Positions 1-10,052 of a stretch of DNA of 32,000 nt are shown piece by piece. The stretch's first letter is position 1; each line of letters starts with the position of its first letter. A program made the position numbers and the translations under genes. Under the pieces are notes generated by a model. It had not been told where the DNA came from. It was given only the letters and a program-made list of their open reading frames with translations, and did no database searches. The stretch is from Bacillus subtilis subsp. subtilis str. 168. GTDB taxonomy: Bacteria; Bacillota; Bacilli; Bacillales; Bacillaceae. The DNA lies in contig NC_000964.3 in NCBI RefSeq assembly GCF_000009045.1, positions 3,570,001 to 3,602,000 on the forward strand. Reading direction: 5' to 3'.

Positions 1-523
1 GCGTTTTGCTGTTTAACTGAAACTCATTTAACAGGTCACATAATGAATCGTTATGCTCCTTATAAAGAGAGAAGATTTCTAAATGATACGAGGAGGTTTC
101 CGGGTTATTGACCGAACCTCCTGCCAAAAATGCTCCTCTCATATAAGAACGCTTGCAGCATCTCTTTTTGACCAGCTCTTTCGAAATACTTCGTTCAAAC
201 ACAAAATTCTCCCCGAGTATTTTTAAATCCTCTAAGATCGCTTTTGCATTTTCTGAAAAACGCACAATATAGACGTTATTCTTTTTCAGCCGCATTTTCT
301 TTCTGACCAGCAGCTCGACCGACACATCATATTGTTTTTTCAGCAATGTATAGATGCGGCGGGCAATCGCCGCGTTTTCGGTTTGAACATCGAGTACGAG
401 ATGGCGGTTTGTAAATGATAAAGCTCCATTCATCCGAATGAGTGCAGACAGCTCGGCATTAATGCAGCAGTCCTTCACTTCCAGATTCGTTAATTCTTTT
501 TTTGTTTCTGATGCAAATGACAT
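1..523 (-). CDS. whiA: WhiA DNA-binding cell-division/sporulation regulator, N-terminal ~174 codons only (3' end lies beyond the window start)
   Basis: Absent from the ORF track because it is truncated. Hand translation of the minus strand from ATG 523-521 gives [63 protein letters not shown]..., with no stop down to position 1. GAGGTGG Shine-Dalgarno at 528-534. Lies directly downstream of yvcJ-yvcK, as in the conserved yvcJ-yvcK-whiA cluster. Confidence 0.9.
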   Translation of the reverse strand, partial: MSFASETKKELTNLEVKDCCINAELSALIRMNGALSFTNRHLVLDVQTENAAIARRIYTLLKKQYDVSVELLVRKKMRLKKNNVYIVRFSENAKAILEDLKILGENFVFERSISKELVKKRCCKRSYMRGAFLAGGSVNNPETSSYHLEIFSLYKEHNDSLCDLLNEFQLNSKT

Positions 524-545
524 ATAGCCACCTCATTTCAAGGCT

Positions 546-1499
546 TCATTCTTTCAGTAAATCAACAAGAAGAGAGGCCACTTTATGTGTATCGTGACGT
601 ATTACGTCATTTTTATACGTTACAATTTGATCTCTGATGACTTCAAGCCCCATCGCTTTCAGCTCTTCGATATCAAAATCAACAGGACGCGCCGATTCCA
701 TTTCGTACTTACGTTTTATTTCGTCGGGAATGTCTTCACTGTTCACTAATATCGTATCAATAAAACCACAGCCCATATGCTGATTGAGCGCTTTCACATG
801 ATCAGCAGCGGTGTAATGGAGCGTTTCGCCGGGCTGAGTCATCACGTTGCAAATGTATACTTTTTTCGCCGGCGCCTTTATCACTTCTTCCCCGATTTTT
901 GGGACGAGCAAATTGGGAAGAATGCTGGTATAGAGGCTTCCCGGGCCGATAATAATCAAATCCGCTTCCCTGATTACGTCTATTGTTTCCGGCAGCGGAT
1001 CAATCTGTTCAGGCGTGAGAAAAACACGCTTAATGCGCTGTCCGTATTCTGGGATCGTTGACTCGCCTGAGACCACGCGGCCATCTTCCATCTCAGCATG
1101 CAAAACGACACTGGCATTGGCAGCCGGCAAAACCTTTCCTCTTACATTCAGCACCTTGCTCATTTCTGTGACAGCGTGAAAAAAATCACCGGTTATATTT
1201 GTCATCGCTGCCAAAATCAAATTCCCGAGAGAATGGCCTGTTAAGTCATTCCCTTTATTGAAGCGGTGCTGAAAAAGATCTTCAACAAGCGGCTCCACAT
1301 CGGATAAAGCGGCAAGCACATTTCTGATGTCTCCGGGAGGCGGAATTTTCAGTTCATTCCGCAGACGGCCAGAGCTCCCCCCATCATCGGCAACTGTTAC
1401 AATGGCCGTGATGTCAACGGGTTTATGCTTTAGGCCCCGAAGCAATACAGAAAGACCTGTACCGCCGCCAAAGATTGCGATTTTCGGCTTTTGTCCCAT
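546..1499 (-). CDS. yvcK: YvcK/GlmR, UPF0052 (CofD-like) gluconeogenesis/cell-wall precursor regulator, 317 aa
   Basis: ORF track gives 546..1541. I prefer the internal ATG at 1499-1497 (MGQKPKIAIFGGGTGLSVLLRGLK...) because the 14 upstream codons overlap the end of yvcJ (stop 1501-1503). The glycine-rich N-terminal nucleotide-binding motif matches the remembered YvcK sequence. Confidence 0.93.
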   Translation of the reverse strand: MGQKPKIAIFGGGTGLSVLLRGLKHKPVDITAIVTVADDGGSSGRLRNELKIPPPGDIRNVLAALSDVEPLVEDLFQHRFNKGNDLTGHSLGNLILAAMTNITGDFFHAVTEMSKVLNVRGKVLPAANASVVLHAEMEDGRVVSGESTIPEYGQRIKRVFLTPEQIDPLPETIDVIREADLIIIGPGSLYTSILPNLLVPKIGEEVIKAPAKKVYICNVMTQPGETLHYTAADHVKALNQHMGCGFIDTILVNSEDIPDEIKRKYEMESARPVDFDIEELKAMGLEVIRDQIVTYKNDVIRHDTHKVASLLVDLLKE

Positions 1500-1500
1500 C

Positions 1501-2388
1501 TTATTTCCGGCTTCTCTTTTCAATGTCCCGGTGAGTAACATGAGTATAGTAATCCTTTTTGAAATAATCAGCTAAATTCTCGGCTAATGTCACAGAGCGG
1601 TGCTGGCCCCCTGTGCAGCCGATCGCAATGACAACCTGGCTTTTTCCTTCTCTTTTGTAAGATGGAAGCATAAAGCTCAGCAGATCAATTAATTTCTCAT
1701 TGAACTTTTGCGTTTCATTCCACTTCATGACGTAAGAGGAAACCTCTTTATCCTTGCCAGTCAGCGGCCGCATGCTTTCGATATAGTACGGATTCGGCAA
1801 AAATCTGACATCAAAGACGAGATCTGCATCAATTGGAATACCGTATTTAAAACCAAATGACATCACATTTACGGTAAATGTCTCTCCTTGGTTTGTCGCA
1901 AAGTGCTTCACGATTTTTTCACGCAAATCACGCGGCTTCATGTCAGACGTATCGTAAATGATTTGAGAGCGGCCTTTTAATTCCTCAAGCAGCTCTCGTT
2001 CTAGCGCGATGCCTTCAAGCGGCAGGCCAGTCGCTGCCAGCGGATGCGAGCGTCTCGTTTCTTTATATCTTGTGACGAGAATGGAATCCTTCGCGTCCAG
2101 GAATAAAATTCGCGGTGTGATCCACGGATTTTCGGCCATTTCATCCAGCGCTTCAATCAGCCGGTCAAAAAATTCGCGGCCGCGCAAATCCATCACGAGC
2201 GCAACTTTGCTCATTTTCGAATTTGATTCCTTCATCAGCTCTAAAAACTTCGGAAGCAATGAAGGCGGAAGATTATCGACGCAGAAATAGCCGAGATCTT
2301 CAAAGCTTTGGATCGCGACAGTTTTCCCCGCTCCCGACATTCCAGTTATAATGACAAGCTGAATATCATGTGATTCACTAACACTCAT
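1501..2388 (-). CDS. yvcJ: YvcJ, RapZ-like P-loop nucleotide-binding protein, 295 aa
   Basis: Walker A motif GMSGAGKT at residues 16-23. GGGGGGAG RBS at about 2393-2400. Conserved position upstream of yvcK/whiA. Confidence 0.95.
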   Translation of the reverse strand: MSVSESHDIQLVIITGMSGAGKTVAIQSFEDLGYFCVDNLPPSLLPKFLELMKESNSKMSKVALVMDLRGREFFDRLIEALDEMAENPWITPRILFLDAKDSILVTRYKETRRSHPLAATGLPLEGIALERELLEELKGRSQIIYDTSDMKPRDLREKIVKHFATNQGETFTVNVMSFGFKYGIPIDADLVFDVRFLPNPYYIESMRPLTGKDKEVSSYVMKWNETQKFNEKLIDLLSFMLPSYKREGKSQVVIAIGCTGGQHRSVTLAENLADYFKKDYYTHVTHRDIEKRSRK

Positions 2389-2412
2389 CTTTCTCCCCCC
2401 TGACTTGTCTTT

Positions 2413-2889
2413 CTATTTGATGTGCTGCGGGTCTAAACGATAACTGAGCAGCTCAAATTCCGGTGTATACGTAAATGTGCCGTGCAGCAGCCCTTGTCCC
2501 TTCATCATAAAATCAAGGATATGGCCGTCTCCAGGGGCCATAGGCAGGTTCTGAATGTCATTGACATCGTGCCACTGCAGTTTGCCTTCCTCTGATTCTG
2601 ATACATTTTGTCCTGTATATGAATCAGCGACAAACGTAAACATCATCCACTCGGAGACAATGTGGTCACCGTCTTTAATAATAAAGGTAAAAACGCCTTT
2701 TAATTGAGGATTTATGATATAGATACCAGTCTCTTCTCTGTACTCTCTGATGACGGAGTCTCTGACTGATTCTCCGCTCTCCATCTTGCCTCCCGGCGCG
2801 ACCCACCATCCGCGTCTCGGCTTTTGAAGCAGAAGAACTTTGTCATCCGTCTGAAGCACACAATTTGTCACTCTTTGCAAGTACGTCAC
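2413..2889 (-). CDS. yvcI: Nudix hydrolase YvcI, 158 aa, GTG start
   Basis: Nudix box GGKMESGESVRDSVIREYREETG. First gene of the yvcI-yvcJ-yvcK-whiA cluster. Confidence 0.93.
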   Translation of the reverse strand: MTYLQRVTNCVLQTDDKVLLLQKPRRGWWVAPGGKMESGESVRDSVIREYREETGIYIINPQLKGVFTFIIKDGDHIVSEWMMFTFVADSYTGQNVSESEEGKLQWHDVNDIQNLPMAPGDGHILDFMMKGQGLLHGTFTYTPEFELLSYRLDPQHIK

Positions 2890-2917
2890 CTAACCTTCGT
2901 CCTGTCATCGTCTCTTT

Positions 2918-2946
2918 ATTATACCGCTTCAAGATGCCTCCCACAA
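2918..2946 (-). promoter_or_regulatory. Candidate sigma-A promoter for the yvcI operon
   Basis: Minus strand reads TTGTGG (2946-2941) - 17 nt - TATAAT (2923-2918), about 30 nt upstream of the yvcI GTG. The -10 is perfect and the -35 is weak. Motif match only. Confidence 0.35.
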
Positions 2947-3044
2947 TGAAGAGACATTGACAATCTTTTCTTCTATTTTACAGCATATTCATTCCTTAAT
3001 TCAGATGATTTTGCTGTAACTGGAATTCTCTTTTATTTATGGAC

Positions 3045-3079
3045 AAAAAAAGGACACGGATAACTGGAGAATCCGTGCC
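3045..3079 (-). terminator. Rho-independent terminator downstream of trxB
   Basis: Minus-strand RNA GGCACGGA-uucuccaguua-UCCGUGUCC followed by UUUUUUU (plus-strand A-run 3045-3051). Lies about 125 nt past the trxB stop. Confidence 0.75.
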
Positions 3080-3206
3080 AAAAAAGTGTATTCATTATAA
3101 AAAGGGGGTCAATTACTTTATTAATCATAACCGAAAAGCATTACACATGTGTTACAGCGGAATTAAAACCCAGTAACGTAATGTGAAACTCGTATGACAG
3201 CCCTTT

Positions 3207-4169
<963 letters not shown>

Positions 4170-4316
4170 TTAAACCATCTTTTCAAGTTTGGGCTCTTTC
4201 TTATAAGATAAGAATCCCCATCAAACGTATTCCTTACCCATATCCTATAAAATCTCATGGTGATACGCTATTTTTTTGCTCAACACGATTAAATGTATTC
4301 GAAAAGGGTATATGTT

Positions 4317-4350
4317 AATAAAGAAAGAGCCTTCTGTTTATAGAAGGCCC
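4317..4350 (-). terminator. Rho-independent terminator of cwlO
   Basis: Minus-strand RNA GGGCCUUCU-auaaac-AGAAGGCUC followed by UUUCUUUAUU, starting 13 nt after the cwlO stop. Confidence 0.8.
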
Positions 4351-4362
4351 TTGTCATATTTA

Positions 4363-5784
4363 TTATTGAACAACACGTCTTACAACACCTTTAAATGCTG
4401 CTTTCCAGTAAGGATTGCTCATAGAGTCAACAGATACGCCATGAGATGTATTGTCGTTTAGGAAAGTACCGTTTCCTAAGTAGATTCCTACGTGTCCATT
4501 TGTTTTGTAAGTGTCAAAGAACACAAGGTCTCCGCGTTTCATTTCAGACGCGCTGACAGCTTGTCCTCTGCCAACTAACGTATCAGTTGTTGTTCCGCCT
4601 ACAGGTCCAAGGTTAACACCTGCAGAAGCGTATGCCCAGCGTACGAATGATGAGCAGTCAAAAATACGGTTGTTGATATCAGACTGAGTGCGTCCGCCGC
4701 CAAACTTGTACGGAGATTGTCCTACAATGCTTGAACCAACGCTGATCGCGCCTTCAATTCCGCCAGAGTTGCTGATAACAGTGCCGCCTGAATTGCTGTT
4801 TGAGCCGCTGCTCTTCTTAGAAGATGAGCCGTTTGACGAACTGTTTGATGAACCGTTAGAAGAATTGTCTGAAGAATTGTCTGAAGAATCATCAGATGAG
4901 CTTGCTTTTGATGATTCAGTTGTCGCCGTTTGACTGTCATCTGTTTGTGTTTCATCAGATGCTTTTTGTGCTTCTTCCTGCTTTTTGATCAAAGCAGCCG
5001 CTGCTTCTTGTTCTTTTTTGATGCGTGCTTGTTCAGCTTCAGTATTTGCTTTTTGATTTGCAAGTTCAGACGCCTCTGATTTTAATTCAGAAATCGCTTT
5101 AGCCGTTTTCTTTTGGCTTGCTTTTGCTTCGTCGAAAAGCTTGTCTTTTTCATTAAGCTGTTTATCAAGGTCTTTTTGCATTGTTTCTAATTTAGCCAAG
5201 GCAGCTTGAACTTCTTTCAGCTTGTCATTCAAATCCGCTTCAGAATCTTCGAGCTTCGCTTTATCCTGCTCTTGCTGTTTGATTAAATCTTTGTCTGCGT
5301 CCACAATAGATGAAACCGCAGTCGCACGAGAGATAAAGTCACCAAAGCTTGTTGATCCTAAAAGAACATCTATGTATCCTTGAGATCCGCCGCTTTCCTG
5401 TAAAGAACGAACGCGTTTTTTCAGGATTTCATTGCGTTTTTCGATGCGTGCTTCAGTTTCTTTAATCTCTTTTTTCAGTTTTTTGATTTCTTCTTTTGTT
5501 TTATCGTTTTCTTCTTTTTTATCTTCAATCTTGTTGCTTGTATCAAGCGCCTTATCGTTAATGTCTTTCAGTTCTTTTTCAATCTTTGATTGATTTTCCT
5601 GAAGCTCGGTTAATTCTTTTTCCTTCGCTTCAATGCTGGAAGCAACCTCAGATTGCTTGCTTTCGATTTTTTGTTTCTTTTCATCTAATGTTTCCGCCGA
5701 TGCAGTTTTACTTGTAAATGGGATCAAAAAACTGCTTGTCCCGATGACGGAAGCCAAACCAAGTGTAATTAAACTCTTTCTCAC
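4363..5784 (-). CDS. cwlO: CwlO D,L-endopeptidase: signal peptide, long coiled-coil, Ser/Asn-rich linker, C-terminal NlpC/P60 domain. 473 aa
   Basis: N-terminal signal sequence [32 protein letters not shown]-rich heptad-like region. NlpC/P60 catalytic motifs [11 protein letters not shown] (Cys) and GHVGIYLG (His) at the C-terminus. Confidence 0.95.
4859..4890. repeat. 12-nt tandem repeat gaagaattgtct x2.7 inside the cwlO linker
   Basis: Copies at 4859-4870 and 4871-4882 are identical, and 4883-4890 is a partial third copy. On the minus strand it encodes the DNSSDNSS part of the Ser/Asn/Asp low-complexity linker. Confidence 0.9.
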
Positions 5785-6017
5785 TTTTTATATCCTCCCT
5801 TTTACTGTGAACCTGTCCTCATTTGGAATCGTATTTTGAACATCAAGTTTCGTTCCTCATACTCTACGAGGAATGATGGTTGTTTATGGTTAATTATTCT
5901 GTGCATCTCTTATTCTGGTTGTATAGCGTTTATTTCACATCATATGTAAAAAACACTAATTCCTTATGTACGAGAATCATTATACCATCAAGTTTCGACA
6001 AATTAGCGATAAATTTT

Positions 6018-6046
6018 ATTACATTTATGTTTCAAACAGATGTCAA
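6018..6046 (-). promoter_or_regulatory. Candidate sigma-A promoter for cwlO
   Basis: Minus strand reads TTGACA (6046-6041) - 17 nt - TGTAAT (6023-6018). It would give a leader of roughly 225 nt. Motif match only, and I do not remember the experimental TSS. Confidence 0.35.
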
Positions 6047-6122
6047 GTCACACATCATTTGTCATTTTTCTTAAGCGTGTAAAAAAACTGTCGATATTAT
6101 TTTCTTAATATAATCTATCTAA

Positions 6123-6155
6123 CAAAAAAAGAGTCGATTAAATAAATCAACTCTT
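6123..6155 (-). terminator. Rho-independent terminator of yvcD
   Basis: Arms aagagtcgatt (6129-6139) and aatcaactctt (6145-6155) pair with one G-U. On the minus strand they are followed by UUUUUUUG (plus-strand A-run 6123-6130). Starts 10 nt after the yvcD stop. Confidence 0.75.
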
Positions 6156-6164
6156 TAAAATTTA

Positions 6165-7619
6165 CTATTCTAGAATATCATCAATATATTTCATATATTT
6201 CGTCAAAGTTGCCGGAGAGATGCCGAATCGGGCCGCTGTGTCTTTTTTCGTGTCTTGCTTGCCATGGGCTTCTTTCCAAATATAACAGATGGCTGCTGCC
6301 CAGCCTTTCTCATTCTTCAACGGAGCAGCTGCACGAATTTGCTGGATGACATGAAAAACCCAGCAGCTCATGACTTCTGTTTTCATCTCTTCTTTTTCAG
6401 CTTGCTCTAATAGTTTGACCGTTTGATAAGCGAAAAGTGCATCCTCTGAAACGTCAGCAGCCGCAGAATCTCCATTCAGAAGCAGCTTTACAAAATGAGT
6501 TTCAAAAGGAGCGGTAATTCTCTTTGAGCGTATCACCGCTTCAAGATGCTCTGTTTCTCCCTTTGTGCTGCTGATATAATAGGCTGCGAGTCGCTGCTCC
6601 ACAGATGAAGGAAGAGCTTCCCTCCGCTCAATCCAAGGCGCCGGGCGGTCTTCGCCGGGATATTGCGACTCGACTTTTCTCCAGATCGTCTCGGCAAAGT
6701 CGGTATGTCCCGTAAAATAAGCAGAGCAGGAAAGCCAGTAAAAGAAGGTGTCGTCACCCTCAAAGCCGGTTTTATATAATGATTTGAGCCATTTATATCC
6801 GATCTCGTAGCGGCCGACAAGCGCCAAAGTAGCACCCAATTTATAACGCTGCTCCAATAGCATCGGATAGACATTGGAGAGCTGATCACTCAATTCCGCC
6901 ACTTTTTCGTCTTCTCTTTCATAATAGTAGAAAACGAGAAGATTGCATAAGGCGTGAAGATTTCCTTCATTATGAGAAAGCACTTCATAAGCGGTTTGCT
7001 TCGCTTTTACAACGTTTCCTGAATAGAAATAGGCAAGCGCGAGATTGTTGTATGCTGACCAAAGCTCCGGATATTCAGTTGTGATTTCCTCAAGCGCCGC
7101 AACCGCTTCAGCAAGCTGGCCGCTTTCCAGCAATGACTTTGCCCGATCCTGTTTCACCAGCAGTTCATCCTGATCATACAACGAATCCTCAATGCCGTCG
7201 TCTCCTAAATCGAGCAAATCAAGCAGACTATCGTTTTCTTCGGCGAATTCACCATCCGGGTCCGCATCAGAATAAGCGGCCGCTTCTTTATAAGCTTCCT
7301 GGAAGAGCCCCAGATGGGCAAAGTTATTCGCTTTAAAGTAATGGCACTCCGGCATTTCGGCCTCCAGATTTGCCATGATATAGTCAAGAAGATCGTTCGA
7401 CTCTTGATACTGGCCCATTTCCGAATAAATGACCGCAAGCTGTGAAAGCATCTCTGAATCCTCCGGCTCCAAATGAACCGCGCGCTGAATCAGTTTGCTT
7501 GCCCGTTTTAGATTGCGCTCTTTATACGCTTTCAAGCCTTTATGAAAAAAATATTGTCCATCTTGAAGCAGCTGGACAATTTGTGCGTGATTTTTATGTT
7601 CAGAAGTGTGTTTTCCCAC
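6165..7619 (-). CDS. yvcD: YvcD, TPR-repeat protein of unknown function with an HTH-like C-terminal tail, 484 aa
   Basis: Multiple TPR-like repeats in the N-terminal two thirds. The C-terminus is ...AARFGISPATLTKYMKYIDDILE. Matches the remembered gene order cwlO-yvcD-bmrA. Confidence 0.9.
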   Translation of the reverse strand: MGKHTSEHKNHAQIVQLLQDGQYFFHKGLKAYKERNLKRASKLIQRAVHLEPEDSEMLSQLAVIYSEMGQYQESNDLLDYIMANLEAEMPECHYFKANNFAHLGLFQEAYKEAAAYSDADPDGEFAEENDSLLDLLDLGDDGIEDSLYDQDELLVKQDRAKSLLESGQLAEAVAALEEITTEYPELWSAYNNLALAYFYSGNVVKAKQTAYEVLSHNEGNLHALCNLLVFYYYEREDEKVAELSDQLSNVYPMLLEQRYKLGATLALVGRYEIGYKWLKSLYKTGFEGDDTFFYWLSCSAYFTGHTDFAETIWRKVESQYPGEDRPAPWIERREALPSSVEQRLAAYYISSTKGETEHLEAVIRSKRITAPFETHFVKLLLNGDSAAADVSEDALFAYQTVKLLEQAEKEEMKTEVMSCWVFHVIQQIRAAAPLKNEKGWAAAICYIWKEAHGKQDTKKDTAARFGISPATLTKYMKYIDDILE

Positions 7620-7688
7620 AACTACCCTCCGTTTTATACAATATTACCGTCAGTAGTATACCATAAATCGTAAGCCCCTCAATAGTTC

Positions 7689-7726
7689 AAAAGGAAGGAT
7701 TGGGAAAATCCCTCCTCTTTTTTATT
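7689..7726. terminator. Hairpin terminator downstream of bmrA, bidirectional in appearance
   Basis: Arms GGAAGGATT (7693-7701) and AATCCCTCC (7707-7715). The minus-strand RNA has one G-U, then UUUUG. The plus-strand RNA has one A-C mismatch, then UCUUUUUUAUU. Confidence 0.7.
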
Positions 7727-7744
7727 GGCTGATTCGACCAAAAT

Positions 7745-9514
7745 TTACCCGGCTTTGTTTTCTAAGTCCGCATTCATTTTCAGCTGCTGTTCAGCAAAAT
7801 CCCGGTAAAGGCCATGGGAAGCCATTAACTCATGGTGTGTTCCACGACCGGTAATTTCCCCTTTTTCAACAAACAAAAGCTGGTCCGCATCTACAACGGT
7901 AGATAGGCGGTGAGCGATAACAATCGTTGTGCGGCCCTCCATCAGCACCTCCAGCGCCTGCTGAACTGATTTTTCAGATTGGCTGTCGAGACTTGAGGTA
8001 GCTTCATCGAGCATAAGAATGCTTGGGTTACGGAGAAGCGCTCTCGCAATCGCGATTCTTTGCCTTTGTCCGCCTGACAGCATAATGCCGCGTTCGCCCA
8101 CTTCTGTATCAAACTGATTCGGCAGCTCCTTTATAAAATTGAGCGCATATGCCATCTCCGCGGCTTTTTCGATCTCAGCATCCGTCACATCTCGTTCTAA
8201 CCCGTAGCAAATATTTTCTCTGATTGTCCCGGACATTAACGGGCTTTCCTGTGATACATACCCGATATGCTCCCTCCACGATTCAAGCGAGTAAGTATCG
8301 ACCGGCTCGTCCCCCAGCCGAATGGTCCCTGCAGTCGGAGAATAAAAGCGTTCAAGCAGCTTAAACAGCGTCGTTTTTCCCCCGCCGCTCGGACCGACGA
8401 TCGCTGTCACTTTCCCTGCTTCAATGACGGCGCTGACCTCTTTTAAGATCAGCTGATCAGGCTTATATCCAAAAGACACGCGATCAAGCTGGATAGGCAG
8501 ATGTGCATTTTCAATTTGTTTTCCTGTCACTGTATCTTCCTCTTCCTCTGCCAAAATCTCAATCATTCGTTCTGTTGCACCGATTGATTTTTGCAGCTGT
8601 GTGAAAAACGTTGTAATCTGGCCCATCGGCATAATAATTTGAAACAAATATAAAATAAAAGCCACGAGCGCTCCGGCTGTGAGCTCGCCTGATGAGACCT
8701 GCATGCCGCCATATCCGATCACTGCGACAAGCGCTGCCATTAACACGAGTGAAATAAGCGGGCCGACAAGCGATTGAACCTTGGCTTCACGAACGCCAAG
8801 CTTAAATAATGAGGAAATCCCCATCTTCCCGCGCCCATATTCGACATCCTCCGCATTTGAAGCCTTAACAAGTCTGATTTCCGGGAGAATTTGATTAAGC
8901 AGGCCTGTAAAACGAGCCGTTTCATCTTGCGTTTCCCGTGAAATGGAGAACATTTTCCGTCCAATCGGCACCAAAATAAGAGCGGCCAGCGGAACGACCA
9001 CTAACACAAGCAGTGTCAGCTTCCAGTTCATAATAAACAAGATTGTCAATGATCCAATGACAGAAATGATGCCTGTAATAAATCCGCTGATATGGGTTGT
9101 AATCAATTCTTTGACCACCATCGTATCGTTCGTTACACGGCTGACTGTTTCTCCGGAAGCATTTGTATCGAAATAAGAGACAGGCAGCTTAATTAATTTC
9201 TTCCATAATAACTCCCGCAGCCCGGAAATGATTTTTTGTCCATTATAGTTAAGCGCATAGGTGGCATAAGCGCTTAAACCCGCCTGAACGAAAAACACCA
9301 GCGCGATCAAACCGATTTGCGTGCCTGACAGATTTGACATAGAAAAACCATCGACAAGCTGCTTCGTTAATAATGGAATGAGCAGGCTGACCAGCGTGGT
9401 TACTACACTGAGGGCAAGCGCAAAGGCGAGCTTTCCATAAGAAGGATTGGTCCGTCTTACTAAGGCAAAAAAGGGTTTCAATTTACTTTTAGATTTTTGT
9501 TTCTTGGTTGGCAT
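7745..9514 (-). CDS. bmrA: BmrA (YvcC) homodimeric ABC multidrug exporter, 589 aa
   Basis: N-terminal six-helix transmembrane domain. Walker [13 protein letters not shown] signature LSGGQRQR, Walker [10 protein letters not shown]. Confidence 0.95.
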
Positions 9515-9630
9515 ATATTTTCCTCCTGTTTCAGCGTTCAGAAAGGTGAAAAGTCATAGCAAAAGGATGATTTTTACTCTTTCTCAATCATATCAATGGA
9601 GAAAGACTTTTTCAGTATATTTTTGCCGTG

Positions 9631-9675
9631 ATCAAAATAAAAATCTCCCACTCATTGTTTGAATAGGAGATTTTT
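9631..9675 (-). terminator. Rho-independent terminator ending the yvcA-yvcB-small ORF operon
   Basis: Minus-strand RNA AAAAAUCUCC-17 nt loop-GGAGAUUUUU followed by AUUUUG. Begins 4 nt after the stop of the 119-aa ORF. Confidence 0.8.
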
Positions 9676-9678
9676 GTG

Positions 9679-10038
9679 TTAGACATCTTTCACTGGCTTC
9701 TTTTTTCTGTAAGTCAATGTTACATCCTGCTGTCGCAGGTCTTCTATTATCATTTTGTACCGATCAACTTTTGCGGTATGTTCTTCTTTTATCATCTGAA
9801 GGGCAGCTTTTCGTTTTTCGCTATTAGACTCAAGCTCTTTTTTTATTTTTTTTACAATCAACCCTTTTTGCCCTTTGATTTCCTCTTTTAATGAAGACTC
9901 AAATTTCTTTGTCAGGCTGAGAAAGTCGTTGATCGGTTGATTGAGGGTGCCCGCTTTCCCCTTCATTTCATCTTGGGTAAGAAACATATAGGTCGTTGAT
10001 ACAATTTCTGTTTCACTTTCTGAAAATAAGGAAGTCAC
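9679..10038 (-). CDS. Small highly charged, helix-prone protein of unknown function, 119 aa, GTG start
   Basis: GGAGGA RBS 9 nt upstream of GTG 10038-10036, only 14 nt after the yvcB stop, and followed directly by a terminator. No signal peptide. K/E-rich (KKFESSLKEEIKGQKGLIVKKIKKELESNSEKRKAALQMIKEEH). May be the gene annotated yvzJ in strain 168, but I am not certain. Confidence 0.7.
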   Translation of the reverse strand: MTSLFSESETEIVSTTYMFLTQDEMKGKAGTLNQPINDFLSLTKKFESSLKEEIKGQKGLIVKKIKKELESNSEKRKAALQMIKEEHTAKVDRYKMIIEDLRQQDVTLTYRKKKPVKDV

Positions 10039-10052
10039 TCTTCATATTCCTC

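Noticed and set aside
4688-4933. 81-aa plus-strand ORF with a striking acidic repeat ([22 protein letters not shown])
   Set aside because: It is the antisense reading of the CwlO Ser/Asn linker and its 12-nt tandem repeat. The repetitiveness comes from the repeat, not from a real gene.
5880-6074. 64-aa plus-strand ORF in the cwlO upstream region
   Set aside because: It has no Shine-Dalgarno sequence, and its hydrophobic translation is AT-driven. It overlaps the candidate cwlO promoter on the other strand. A micro-protein cannot be fully excluded without expression data.
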